A stretch of DNA of 64,000 nucleotides, from NCBI RefSeq assembly GCF_963921235.1, contig NC_086109.1:2480001-2544000 (forward strand). The letters run 5' to 3'. This DNA is from Mobula hypostoma. Lineage: Eukaryota. Position 1 is the stretch's first letter, and each line of letters opens with the position of its first letter. This document shows, piece by piece, positions 50,601 to 62,029 of this stretch. The position numbers were made by a program, and so were the translations under genes. The notes beneath the pieces are model-generated. The model did no database searches, was not told the origin of the DNA, and saw nothing but the letters and a program-made list of their open reading frames with translations.

Positions 50601-51570
50601 TCTGCTTCCCCACTGCTGTGCTGGTATCCAGTGTCAATCTCTGCTTCCCCACTGCTGTGCTGGTATCCAGTGTCAATCTCTGCTTCCCCACTGCTGTGCT
50701 GGTATCCAGTGTCAATCTCTGCTTCCCCACTGCTGTGCTGGTATCCAGTGTCAATCTCTGCTTCCCCACCGCTGTGCTGGTATCCAGTGTCAATCTCTGC
50801 CTTCCCCACCGCTGTGCTGGTATCCAGTGTCAATCTCTGCCTTCCCCACTGCTGTGCTGGTATCCAGTGTCAATCTCTGCCTTCCCCACTGCTGTGCTGG
50901 TATCCAGTGTCACCCTCTGCTTCCCCACTGCTGTGCTGGTATCCAGCGTCACCCTCTGCTTCCCCACTGCTGTGCTGGTATCCAGTGTCAATCTCTGCCT
51001 TCCCCACTGCTGTGCTGGTATCCAGTGTCAATCTCTGCCTTCCCCACCGCTGTGCTGGTATCCAGTGTCACCCTCTGCTTCCCCACTGCTGTGCTGGTAT
51101 CCAGCGTCACCCTCTGCTTCCCCACTGCTGTGCTGGTATCCAGCGTCACCCTCTGCTTCCCCACTGCTGTGCTGGTATCCAGTGTCACCCTCTGCTTCCC
51201 CACTGCTGTGCTGGTATCCAGTGTCAATCTCTGCTTCCCCACCGCTGTGCTGGTATCCAGTGTCACCCTCTGCTTCCCCACTGCTGTGCTGGTATCCAGT
51301 GTCAATCTCTGCTTCCCCACCGCTGTGCTGGTATCCAGTGTCACCCTCTGCTTCCCCACTGCTGTGCTGGTATCCAGTGTCACCCTCTGCTTCCCCACTG
51401 CTGTGCTGGTATCCAGTGTCACCCTCTGCTTCCCCACTGCTGTGCTGGTATCCAGTGTCAATCTCTGCTTCCCCACCGCTGTGCTGGTATCCAGTGTCAC
51501 CCTCTGCTTCCCCACTGCTGTGCTGGTATCCAGTGTCACCCTCTGCTTCCCCACTGCTGTGCTGGAATCC
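47629..51570. repeat. Minisatellite, 39-bp unit, about 101 copies
   Basis: Unit GTCA(CC/AT)CTCTGCTTCCCCAC(T/C)GCTGTGCTGGTATCCAG(T/C). Six 40-bp units (extra C) lie at about 49278 and 50800-51040. No spacers. Confidence 0.98.
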
Positions 51571-51599
51571 AAGGTCAATCACTGCCTTTCTCACTGTTC

Positions 51600-52585
51600 T
51601 GTTGGAATGATGTAAACAAGCTTGAAGGGGTACAAAGAAAATTGCTGGGTCCAGTGGACCCGAATTATCAGGAAACATTGAACAAGTTATGACTGTGTTC
51701 CTGAGAATGCAGAAGATTTAGAGTAGATTGCTTGTTAGGGAAAATATTACAGCAGTGCTCAGGCAGGACAGATTAGAGGGCTTGTCTACTGAGTCCTTAT
51801 GGGTGGAGCTGAGAAACAGGAAAGGTATGGCCACGTTAGTGGGATTGTAATACAGACCACCCAATAGTCAACGAGACTTGGAAGAGCAAATCTGCAGAGA
51901 GATAGCAGACAGCTGCAGGAAACATAAAGTTGTGGTGGTAGGTGATTTTAATTTTCCATACATTGATTGGGACTCCCATACTGTTAGGGGTCTAGATGGT
52001 TTACAGTTTGTAAAATGTGCTCAGGAAAGTTTTCTAAATCAGTATATAGAGGGACCAACTAGAGGGGATGCAATATTGGATCTCCTGTTAGGAAACGAAT
52101 TAGGGCAAGTGACGGAAGTCTGTGTAGGGGAGCACTTTGGTTCCAGTGATCATAACACCATTAGTTTCAATTTGATCATGGACAAGAATAGATCTGGTCC
52201 CAGGGTTGAGGTTCTGAACTGGAAGAAGGCCAAATTTGAAGAAATGAGAAAGGATCTAAAAAGCGTGGATTGGGACAGGTTGTTCTCTGGCAAAGATGTG
52301 ATTGGTAGATGGGAAGCCTTCAAAGGGGAAATTTTGAGAGTGCAGAGTTTGTATGTTCCTGTCAGGATTAAAGACAAATTGAATAGGAATAAGGAACCTT
52401 GGTTCTCATGGGATATTGCAACTCTGATAAAGAAGAAGAGGGAGTTGTATGACGTGTATAGGAAGCAGGGAGTAAGTAAGGTGCTTGAGGAGTATAAGAA
52501 GTGCAAGAAAATACTTAAGAAAGTGATCAGGAGGGCTAAAAGAAGACAAAGGGCCTGTTTCTGTGCTGTAGTTTCTATGGTTCTA
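51600..52585 (+). mobile_element. CR1 fragments (endonuclease and linker joined directly to a 3' tail)
   Basis: ORF 51878-52639 (VVVGDFNFP...LDLLLGNE...SSDH). The sequence jumps to GGGCCTGTTTCTGTGCTGTAGTTTCTATGG at about 52550. Confidence 0.85.
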
Positions 52586-53276
52586 TGTGATGAATTTATA
52601 ATGCTATGCCATAGGTATTTCATTTTAGCAGTTCTGTAAGTGCAGTCTGTTCTGTTTGAGTTTGAACTAAGTTAAAAGGTTTTCTATTCAACTTAAGAAT
52701 GTGCTGTCAGCCAATCAGAATGGTTGGAATGGGAGAAGGTCTTTGTTGGTGGGTGCTGGGAGAAGACAGGGGGAAAAGATGGCTGAGGATACCATTCCTA
52801 TTGCAGAAGGTGCTTTGTGCAGATAAACAGCATCAAGAGGAAGACCCAATACTCCCTTGGGAGAGCCGTTTGTTTCAGATGGATTTTGAGTGACGTTCAG
52901 AAGGTGCTTTGTGCTTTTACTCAGACCGAGGGACCATCATGTCAGTGACAGAAGTGTTCAAGATGATCTCCAACTTAAGTGCATATTTGAATATTTAAGA
53001 GTAATGGCCCTTTTTTTCCCTTTCTTTCATTTAATAACTGTTTGTTTAAATTAATATTCTTAAATATACTTATTTTTAATAGTATGCACTGTACGATCTG
53101 TTATCCCTTGCTGGGGGCAGTAAATCACACAGCATTCACCCAAGCCAGGTTTCGGGTGGGCAAGACATCCTAAGCTCACAGATTTGGCAGGACACAAGTT
53201 GTGTGCACCCCAGATGTACAAAGCCAGAGAAAGGTGGGTTTATCAGAATTTAGTGGCTGTTAGTGAGGGGCTAACA
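52586..53276 (+). mobile_element. Probable solo LTR (about 690 bp)
   Basis: TGTGA...TAACA termini and the same internal layout as 12540-13440 (CTCCAAC, AT-rich tract, ATCACACAGCAT.CAC, TTTGGC.GG). No TSD found. Confidence 0.5.
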
Positions 53277-54179
53277 AGCCAGCTTTCCAGAGACACCCAG
53301 TATAAGGGGGTTTCAGTGGTATACAAAATTGTAAGAGGTATAGATAGAGTAAATGCAAGCAGGCTTTTTCCACTGAGGTTGGGTGGGACTACAAATGGAG
53401 GTCATGAGTTAAGGGTGAAAGGTGAAAAGTTTAAGGGGAGCTTGAGGGAAACCTCCTTCACTCAGAGGACTGTGAGAGTGTGGAATAAGCTGGCAGCACA
53501 GGTGGTTCATGCAAACTCAATTTCAACGTTTAAGAAAAGTTTGGATTGGTACATGGATGGTAGGGGAATTGAGTTGTTTGGTCCCAGTGCAGGTCGATGG
53601 GAATAGGCAGTTTAAATGGTTTCAGCATGGCCTCAGGCCTGTTTCTGTGCTCTGTGACAATATGACCCTTTTTCTCTCCATCTGGCCCATATCCTTTTGA
53701 ACATTTCCTATCAAGCAGACTGAGGAGACTGCAGACGCTGGACTCTGGAGCAACACAAAATGCTGGAGGAACTCCGCATGTCAGACAGCATCTGTGGGGA
53801 GAAATGGACAGATGATGTCTCCTCTCTCACGGTGAAATGGAGACACATCTTTTTCCCTTATTAGGGAGAGAGAGAGTCTATGGAATGTTGATTTATCGGG
53901 TGAACGAGTAGTCTTTGAGGTACTGCAAGTCTGTGTCTTTATTGATGCTGAGTGCTCGGTGGAGGATGCTGATGCAGTTATTTTGTTAGTGTGGGAGGGA
54001 GGTGTTGTTGCCTTGCTGCTGCTTGTGTGTGGGAGGGGGAGATGGGGGTGCTGTGGGGTACTAACGTTTAACTGTCATTCATCCTTTGGGGCACTCCTCT
54101 GTTTGCCTGGATGGTTGCGTAGAAAAAGAATTTCAAGATGTATATTGTATACATTTCTCTGAAATGAAATGTAACAACT

Positions 54180-54665
54180 GAAACTGTTGATGTTTCAGGT
54201 TGAGACTCTCCATCTGGATTGAGGGAAAGTGAAAATGGCCAGCATAGAGAGATGCGGCAGGGGTGGGCGGGGGGTGAAGGGAGTGGCATGAATGGGCAGG
54301 TGATGGGCGGATCCAGCTGTTGTGGGGGAGGTGATAGGCCGATGGGGAAAGGAGTGACACCAGCATCTGGCAGATGATTGGTGAAAGTGAAGGTGATGGG
54401 ATCTGATTGGAAAGGAAGCAGCACGCGGATTAAAGAGAGGGAACTGTGGAGGGCAGAGGGGGCATTAGGGGGAAAGGTAATGTGTAGGTGATAGGCAGAT
54501 GGTGGAGTTAGAGGAGGGGAAAGAGATATAGCGATGGGATCAAGGTAGATCAAGATGTGAAGACAGTACACAAAGGAGGACCAGCTTACCTGAAACTGAA
54601 GAATTCACTGTTAATGCTGACAGTCTGTGATCTACACAGGCATAATATTAGCTGCTGTTTCTCTC
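54180..54665 (-). mobile_element. Old Penelope-like 3' end
   Basis: Minus strand shows the end of a GIY-YIG ORF (EKQQLILCL...SINSEFFSFR), a pyrimidine-rich UTR and a decayed hammerhead-like CTGAAAC motif at about 54190-54225. Confidence 0.6.
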
Positions 54666-54804
54666 GTCTGCCTTCTTATCAAGTACCTTCACAGCTTCCC
54701 TCCACCAATCATGATTTTATAAAAGTCACAAGGTCACCTTCAGGTTTCCAAGCCCCAGAAGAAAAATGTCAAGTCTATCCAGTCTTTCCGTATAACTCAA
54801 GAGC

Positions 54805-56645
54805 CAGAGCCAGAAGGGGCCATGGCAGACAAGATGAAGGAAACCCCCAAGGCATTCTACAAGTTTGCGAAGAGCAGGAGTATAAGACATGAGAGAATAG
54901 GGTAAATCAAGTGTGACAGTGGAAAAGTGTGTCTGGGACGAGGAGATAGCAGAGGTACTTAATGAATACTTTGCTTCAGTATTCAGTATGGAAAAGAAAC
55001 TTGGTGATTTTAGGGATGACTGAAAAGCTTGAGCTTGTAGATATTAAGGAATAGGAGGTGGTGGAGCTTTTGGAAAGCATCAAGTTGGATAAATGACCAG
55101 GACCGGATGAGATATACCCCAGGCTACTCTGGGAAGTGAGGGATGAGTTTGCTGAGCTTCTGGCAATAATCTTTGCATCATTAATGAGTACGGGAGAGAT
55201 TCTGGAGAATTGGAGGGTTACAGATGTTGTTCCATTATTCACGAAAGGGAGAAGAGATAGCCCAGGAAATTATAGACCAGTGAGTCTTACTTCAGTGGTT
55301 GGTAAGTTGACAGAGAAGATCCTGAGAAGCAGGATTTATGAACATTTGGAGAGGCATAATATGATTAGGAATAGTCAGTATGGCTTTGTCAAAGGCAGGT
55401 CGTACCTTATGAGCCTGATTGAATTTTTTGAGGATGTGACTAAACACATTGATGAAGGTTGAGCATTAGATCCAGAGTATATGGATTTCAGCAAGGCATT
55501 TGATAAGGTACCCCATGCAAGGTTTATTGAGAAAGTAAGGAGGCATGAGTTCCAAGGGGACGTTGCTTTGTGGATCTAGAATTGGTTTGCCCACAGAAGG
55601 CAAAGAGTGGCTGTAGACGGGTCATATTCTGCATGGAGATCGGTGACCAGTGGTGTGCCTCAGGGATCTGTTCTGGGACCCCTACTCTTCCTGATTTTTG
55701 TAAATGACCTGGATGAGGAAGGGGAGGGACGTGTTAGTAAATTTGCTGATGACACAAAGATTGAGAGTATTGTGGATAGTGTGGAGGGCTGTCAGAGGTT
55801 ACAGCAGGACATCGATGGGATGGAAAACTAGGCTGAGAAGTGGCAGATGGAGTTTGACCCAGATAAGTGTGAGGTGGTTCATTTTGGTAGGTCAAATATG
55901 ATGACAGAATATAGTATTAATGGTAAGACTTTTGGCAGTGTGGAGGATCAGAGGGATCTTGGGGTCTGGATCCATTGGACACTCAAAGCTGCTACACAGG
56001 TTGACTCTGTGGTTAAAAAGGCATACGATGCATTGGCCTTCATCAATCGTATGATTGACTTTAAGAGCTGAGAGGTAATGTTGCAACTATCTAGGACCCT
56101 GGTCAGACCCCACTTGGAGTACTGTGTTCAGTTCTGGTCATCTCACTACAAGAAGGATGTGGAAACTATAGAAATGGTGCAGAGGAGATTTACAAGGATG
56201 TTGATGGACTGGGGTGCATGCCTTATGAGAATAGGTTGAGTGGACTTCGTCTTTTCTCCTTGGAGCATAGGAGGATGAGGGGTGAACTGATAGAGGTGTA
56301 CAAGATGATGAGAGACATTAATCGTGTGGATAGTTAGAGGCTTCTTCCCAGGGCTGAAATGTTTCACACGAGAGGTCATAGTTTTAAGGTGCTTGGAAGC
56401 TGGTACAGAGGAGATGTCAGGGGTAAGTTTTTTACGCAGAGAGTGGTGATTGTGTGGAATGAGTAGCCGGCGACGGTGGTGGAGACAGATACGATTGGGT
56501 CCTTTAAGAGACTCCTGGACAGGTACGTGGAGCTGCAAAAAATAGAGGGCTATGAGCAACTCTAAGGTAAGGACAGATGTTCGGCACAGCTTTGTGGGCT
56601 GAAGTGCCTGTGTTGTGCGATAGGTTTTCTATATTTCTATGTCTA
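54805..56645 (+). mobile_element. CR1 3' 1.85 kb, same subfamily as the 1-9000 host element
   Basis: ORFs 55136-55462, 55607-55831 (VPQGSVLGP...FADDTK) and 55847-56071; (TTCTAT)n tail. Confidence 0.9.
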
Positions 56646-57799
56646 TGTAAATATGTGATTTCGAATCCAATAGGGAATGTTGTATTAGGGTGTAGAATTG
56701 TAAACATTCTTGTGGTTTAACTTAATCGCATACTTGCTTATATTTATAGATAATCACATGCATCCATAAAATAGATCTGTGAATTTTCCAGTAAATATGG
56801 CACAGTTGCTTCATACGTATTGGTTTTCAGTAGCAGTTGTGACGCTACATAACTCTTGCTGTTTTATAGGTTAATTGTTATGAATTGTTTTACTCTCGTC
56901 TGAGTATAAGACCACAACTTCTTTTTTTTGATTGGTCTTTTCTTCATTCTTTTAATTATTATTTTGCTTTTGTAACACTTAACAATTCGATCAAACCCAA
57001 TGTTTTATGCCTTATTCTTCATTTCCAAAGAACCTTCGATTTGCAAATGAATCATGATCCAACAATAGGGTGACCCCGAGCTCATCTTTTAGGTATCATT
57101 GTAAGAGTCTGATAACTCTTGTAATAAACACACACAAAATGCTGGAGGAACTCAGTGCAGAGTTCCTCTAGTATTTTGTGTAGATCCTGCCTGGCCTGCT
57201 GAGCTCTTCCAACATTTTCTGTGTGTTGCTTGGATTTCCAGCATCGGCAGATTTCATCTTGATTGTAACTCTTGTGATAACCGTCTTTGAGCCTGCTTGG
57301 GTGTGTCTGTTATGTCTGCTGTCATATAGGAGAGGGGAATCACACACTCAGCGATTCAGGAACAGCTTCTTCCCCTCTTCCATTCGATTCCTAAATCGAC
57401 ATTGAATCTTTGGACACTACCTCACTTTTTGAATATACAGTATTTCTGTTTTGGCACTTTTTAAAATTCAATTCAATATACGTATACAATAATTGATTTA
57501 CTTGTTTATTTATTACTATTGTTATTATTTGTATTTTATTTTATATTTTTTCTCTGCTAGATTATGTATTGCATTGAACTGTCACTGCTAAGTTAACAAA
57601 TTTCACATCACATGCCGGTGATAATGAACTTGTTTCTGTGAAGAGGGAATATCCAGTGTCATGGTGTGCGCTGACAAACCACTGAACCCAGATACGAAGA
57701 AACAACAAAATCCCTTTTGTGCTCTAGGATTTTCTATGCTTCTATGTTTCCAACCCTTCCGTCCGAATAAGAGCTGCATAAATGCATTCTGCACCTTTT

Positions 57800-58605
57800 T
57801 CAATTTAATGACATCCTTCCATATACCTAGGTGATCAGGACTACACACTATATGACCATAAGACCATAGATACAGGAGCAGAGTTACGTTATTTGTCCTG
57901 TTGAGTCTGCTTCGCCATTTCATTATGGCTAATTGATTTCCCTCCACTCCAGTCTCCTGCCTTCTCTCTATATCCTTTCATACCCTGGCTAATCAAGACT
58001 TTATCAACCTCCACTTTAAATTTATCCCATGACTTGGCCTCCACAGCTACCTGTGGCAATTAAATTCCACAAATTCACCACTCTCTGACTAAAGAAATTG
58101 CTCATCATCTCCGTTCTAAATGGATTGGTCTTAATTGCCAGGCTGTATCCTTTGGACTCAGACTCCCTCACCATCGGAAACATCCTCTCCGCATCCATGT
58201 TATCGAGGCCTTTCAACATTAGATAGGTTGCAATGAGTTTCTCTTCATTCTTCTGAACTCCAGTGAGTACAGGCCCAGAGCCTTCACATGCTTCTCAGAT
58301 GAAAAACCTTTCAATCCCGAAATCATTTTCGTGAGCCTCCTTTAAACCTTCTCCAACGTTAGCACATGCTTTCTTAGGAAAGGAGCCCAAAACTTCTCAC
58401 AATACTCCGTGTGAGGCCTCTTCAGTTCTTTATAAAGCCTTAACAACACCTAGGTGGTTCACATCTACATCAGTTTTAACATGATACCCCAATTCCTGCC
58501 GCAGTGATCCAACTGATGAAGGCAAGTGTGCCAAATGCTTTCTTCGTTATCCCGTATAGCTGCCACTTTCAGGGAGCTATATCTTTGTACCCCTAGCTCT
58601 CTCTG
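57800..58605 (-). mobile_element. Degenerate CR1 3' part
   Basis: ORFs 58022-58219 (MLKGLDNMDAERMFP...FFSQRVVNLWN) and 58465-58656. Confidence 0.8.
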
Positions 58606-60170
58606 TCCCCAGGGGCAGATGGTCTGCACCCCAGAGTGCTGAAGGAAGTAGCCCAAGAAATAGTGGATGCATTAGTGATAATTTTTCAAAACTCTTTAGA
58701 TTCTGGACTAGTTCCGAGGATTGGAGGGTAGCTAATGTAACCCCGCTTTTTAAAAAAGGAGGGAGAGAGAAACCGGGGAATTATAGACTGGTTAGCCTTA
58801 CATCGGTGGTGGGGAAAATTCTAGAGTCAGTTATCAAAGATGTGATAACAGCACATTTGGAAAGCGGTGAAATCATCGGACAAAATCAGCATGGATTTCT
58901 GAAAGGAAAATCATGTCTGACGAATCTCATAGAATTTTTTGTGGATGTAACTAGTGGAGTGGATAGGGGAGAACCAGTGGATTTGGTATATTTGGATTTT
59001 CAAAAGGCTTTTGACAGGGTCCCACACAGGAGATTAGTGTGCAAACTTAAAGCACACGGTATGGATGTGGATAGAGAATTGGTTGGCAGACAGGAAGGAA
59101 AGAGTGGGAATAAACGGGACCTTTTCAGAATGGCAGGCAGTGACTAGTGGGGTACCGCAAGGCTCAGTGCTGGGACCCCAGTTGTTTACAATATATATTA
59201 ATGACTTGGATGAGGGAATTAAATGCAGCATCTCCAAGTTTGCGGTTGACATGAAGCTGGGTGGCAGTGTTAGCAGTGAGGAGGATGCTAAGAGGATGCA
59301 GGGTGACTTGGATAGGTTGGGTGAGTGGGCAAATTCATGGCAGATGCAATTTAATGTGGATAAATGTGAAGTTATCCACTTTGGTGGCAAAAATAAGAAA
59401 ACAGATTATTATCTGAATGGTGGCCGATTAGGAAAAGGGGAGGTGCAATGAGACCTGGGTGTCATTATACACCAGTCATTGAAAGTGGGCATGCAGGTAC
59501 AGCAGGCGGTGAAAAAGGCGAATGGTATGCTGGCATTCATAGCAAGAGGATTCGAGTGCAGGAGCAGGGAGGTACTACTGCAGTTGTACAAGGCCTTGTT
59601 GAGACCACACCTGGAGTATTGTGTGCAGTTTTGGTCCCCTAATGTGAGGAAAGACATTCTTGCCATAGAGGGAGTACAAAGAAGGTTCACCAGATTGATT
59701 CCTGGGATGGCAGGACTTTCATATGATGAAAGACTGGATCGACCAGGCTTATACTCGTTGGAATTTAGAAGATTGAGGGAGGAACATCGAAATGTATAAA
59801 TTCCAAAAGGGATTGGACAGGCTAGATGCAGGAAGATTGTTCCCGATGTTGGGGAAGTCCAGAACGAAGGGTGACAGTTTGAGGATAAAGGGGAAGCCTT
59901 TCAGGACTGAGATCAGGAAAAACTGCTTCACACAGAGAGTGGTGAATCTGTGGAATTCTCTGCCACAGGAAACAGTTGAGGCCAGTTCATTGGCTATATT
60001 TAAGAGGGAGTTAGATATGGCCCTTGTGGCTAAAGGGATCAGGGGGTATGGAGGGAAGGCTGGTACAGGGTTCTGAGTTGGATGATCAGCCATGATCATA
60101 CTGAATGGCTTTGCAGGCTCGAAGGGCTGAATGGTCTACTCCTGCACCTATTTTCTATGTTTCTATGTTT
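58606..60170 (+). mobile_element. 5'-truncated CR1 (RT to tail)
   Basis: ORFs 58806-59147, 59065-59451, 59479-59799 and 59792-60076; tail CCTATTTTCTATGTTTCTATG. Confidence 0.92.
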
Positions 60171-60269
60171 CTATATCCAAGGCTTGCCTTTTGCTGTATA
60201 TATTATTGTCTGGTTTAACTTCCCAAACTACAACACTTTGCACTTATCTAAGTACAGGAAGTAGACAGA

Positions 60270-60800
60270 GCACCAAGCGGAATGGGGTCATAACAACAAC
60301 CTATCCCTCAATGCCATCAAAGCAAAAGAGTTGTTCATTGATTTCAGGATGAAGCAGTGCACAGACTGCATCAATGATGTAGAGGTTGTGAAGGTTGAGA
60401 CCTTCATGTTCTTAGGAGTGAACATCAACATCCTATCCTGCTCTAACCATGTGGACACAATGGCCAAGAAACCTCACCAACTCCTCTACTTCCGTAACAG
60501 ACTGAAAATCTTCGGCATTTTCCTCTTGCCGAGTTTTATTAATGAGCTATAGGAAGTATCTTATCTGGATGCACCACCTCTTGGTCTGGGAACTGCTCTG
60601 CGTATGACTGAAAGAAACTGCAGATAATCGTGGACATGTCTCAGTTTACGATGGAAACCCCACCCCTCCATAAACTCTGTTTACATTTCTTGCTGCCTTC
60701 GTATGCAGCCAACTCACCTCAGACATGCCCTCTTCACCACAACGCCCCTCCCAAATCAGGCAGATAATAAAAGCCCAAAAAATCATACCACCAGGCTGAA
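60270..60800 (+). mobile_element. Rex1/L2-type LINE ORF2 C-terminal fragment
   Basis: KAKELFIDFR...VETFMFLGVNI...LLYFRNRLK resembles the KTKELIVDFR...FKFLGV motif. Confidence 0.65.
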
Positions 60801-62029
60801 GGACAACTTCTGTCATCAATATCATTATCATCATCACTGTGTGCCGTGTTGTATGATGTGGGCGATCATGGTTTTTGACCATGATTGTTCTTGGCAATAT
60901 TTTCTACAGAAGTGGCTTGTCATTGCCTTCTGCTGGACAGTGTTTTCACAAGATGTGTGACGCCATCCATTATCAATATTCTTCAGAGATTCTCTGCCTG
61001 GAGTCAGTGGTCACATAACCAGGACTTGTGATATGCACCAGCTGCTCATCTGACCAACCATCGCCTGATCCCATGGCTTAACGTGAGCCTGATCAGGGCC
61101 GGAGGCCGGGGGGATGTCGCTAAGTAGATGCTACAGCTTATCCAATGTTCACCTGCAGGCTAGTGGAGGGAAGGAGCGCCTTACACCTCCTTTGTTAGAG
61201 ATTTGTTAGACCTCACCATTCACCAGCTTCTATAATACTGTTATAAGACCTCAGAACAGTTCCCATTTATAATAAGATTACAGCTTGATCTCACAATTCA
61301 CCTCGCTTTGACACTGGCCACTATTGTCTACCTGCACTGCTCTTCTCTGTAGGAGCAACACTCAATTCTGCATTCTGTTATATTTTACCCTTTACAATCT
61401 CAATGCACTTGTAATGAACTGATCTGTATGAAGAGTATCCAGACAAGTTTTCACATTTGTACGTGTAACAATAATAAACCAATTTACCACTTTCTCCACA
61501 ATGAATACAAGTGAACAGTATTCATTTCAGACCTCACCCATCTCCTGTGGCTCCACACACAGATAGTCACATTATTCCTTATTCTCACCCGAATTATTCT
61601 TGCTCTTAATTTAATTGGGGATTATTTTAGGATTCTCTCATCTGCCAATGCTGTCCTTTTGCCCTCCTGATTCCTTCTTGTGTTCTCCTACATCCCTTTT
61701 ACTCCTCAAGCAATTCACCTGATCCCAACCTATACATCCTTGTTTTACCTTACCAGAGCCTCAAAACCCCTCTTCAACCAGGATTCCTTAACCTTACAAT
61801 TTTTTTCCCTTCACTCTAACGGGAGTATACTCTCTCTGAACTCTCATTAACTTTTTTTCTACAAAGCTCTCACTTGTCAGAATTCTTTTTACTGACAAAC
61901 AGCCTCTCCTGGTCAACCACAGCCAGTTCTTGTATACCGCCGTCAGAATTAGTCTTGTCCCAATGTAGGAATGTACTGGGAAGCTGGATGGATAAAACCC
62001 GCATGGATAACTTCACTCACCTCACCACT

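Noticed and set aside
47629-51570. CRISPR array
   Set aside because: Units are head-to-tail with no unique spacers, there are no cas genes, and the context is vertebrate.
47553-51692. Very long ORFs (521-1332 aa) on both strands called as standalone protein genes
   Set aside because: They arise because a 39-bp unit lacks stops in several frames. The minus-strand repeat-frame starts shown as M are TTG/GTG codons within the repeat, and the frames switch at 40-bp units. Only the possible spliced fusion to the V exon is kept, as a hypothesis.
56650-57110. AT-rich non-repetitive-looking stretch as a possible exon or element
   Set aside because: I found no splice-bounded ORF or recognisable motif, so it is left unannotated.
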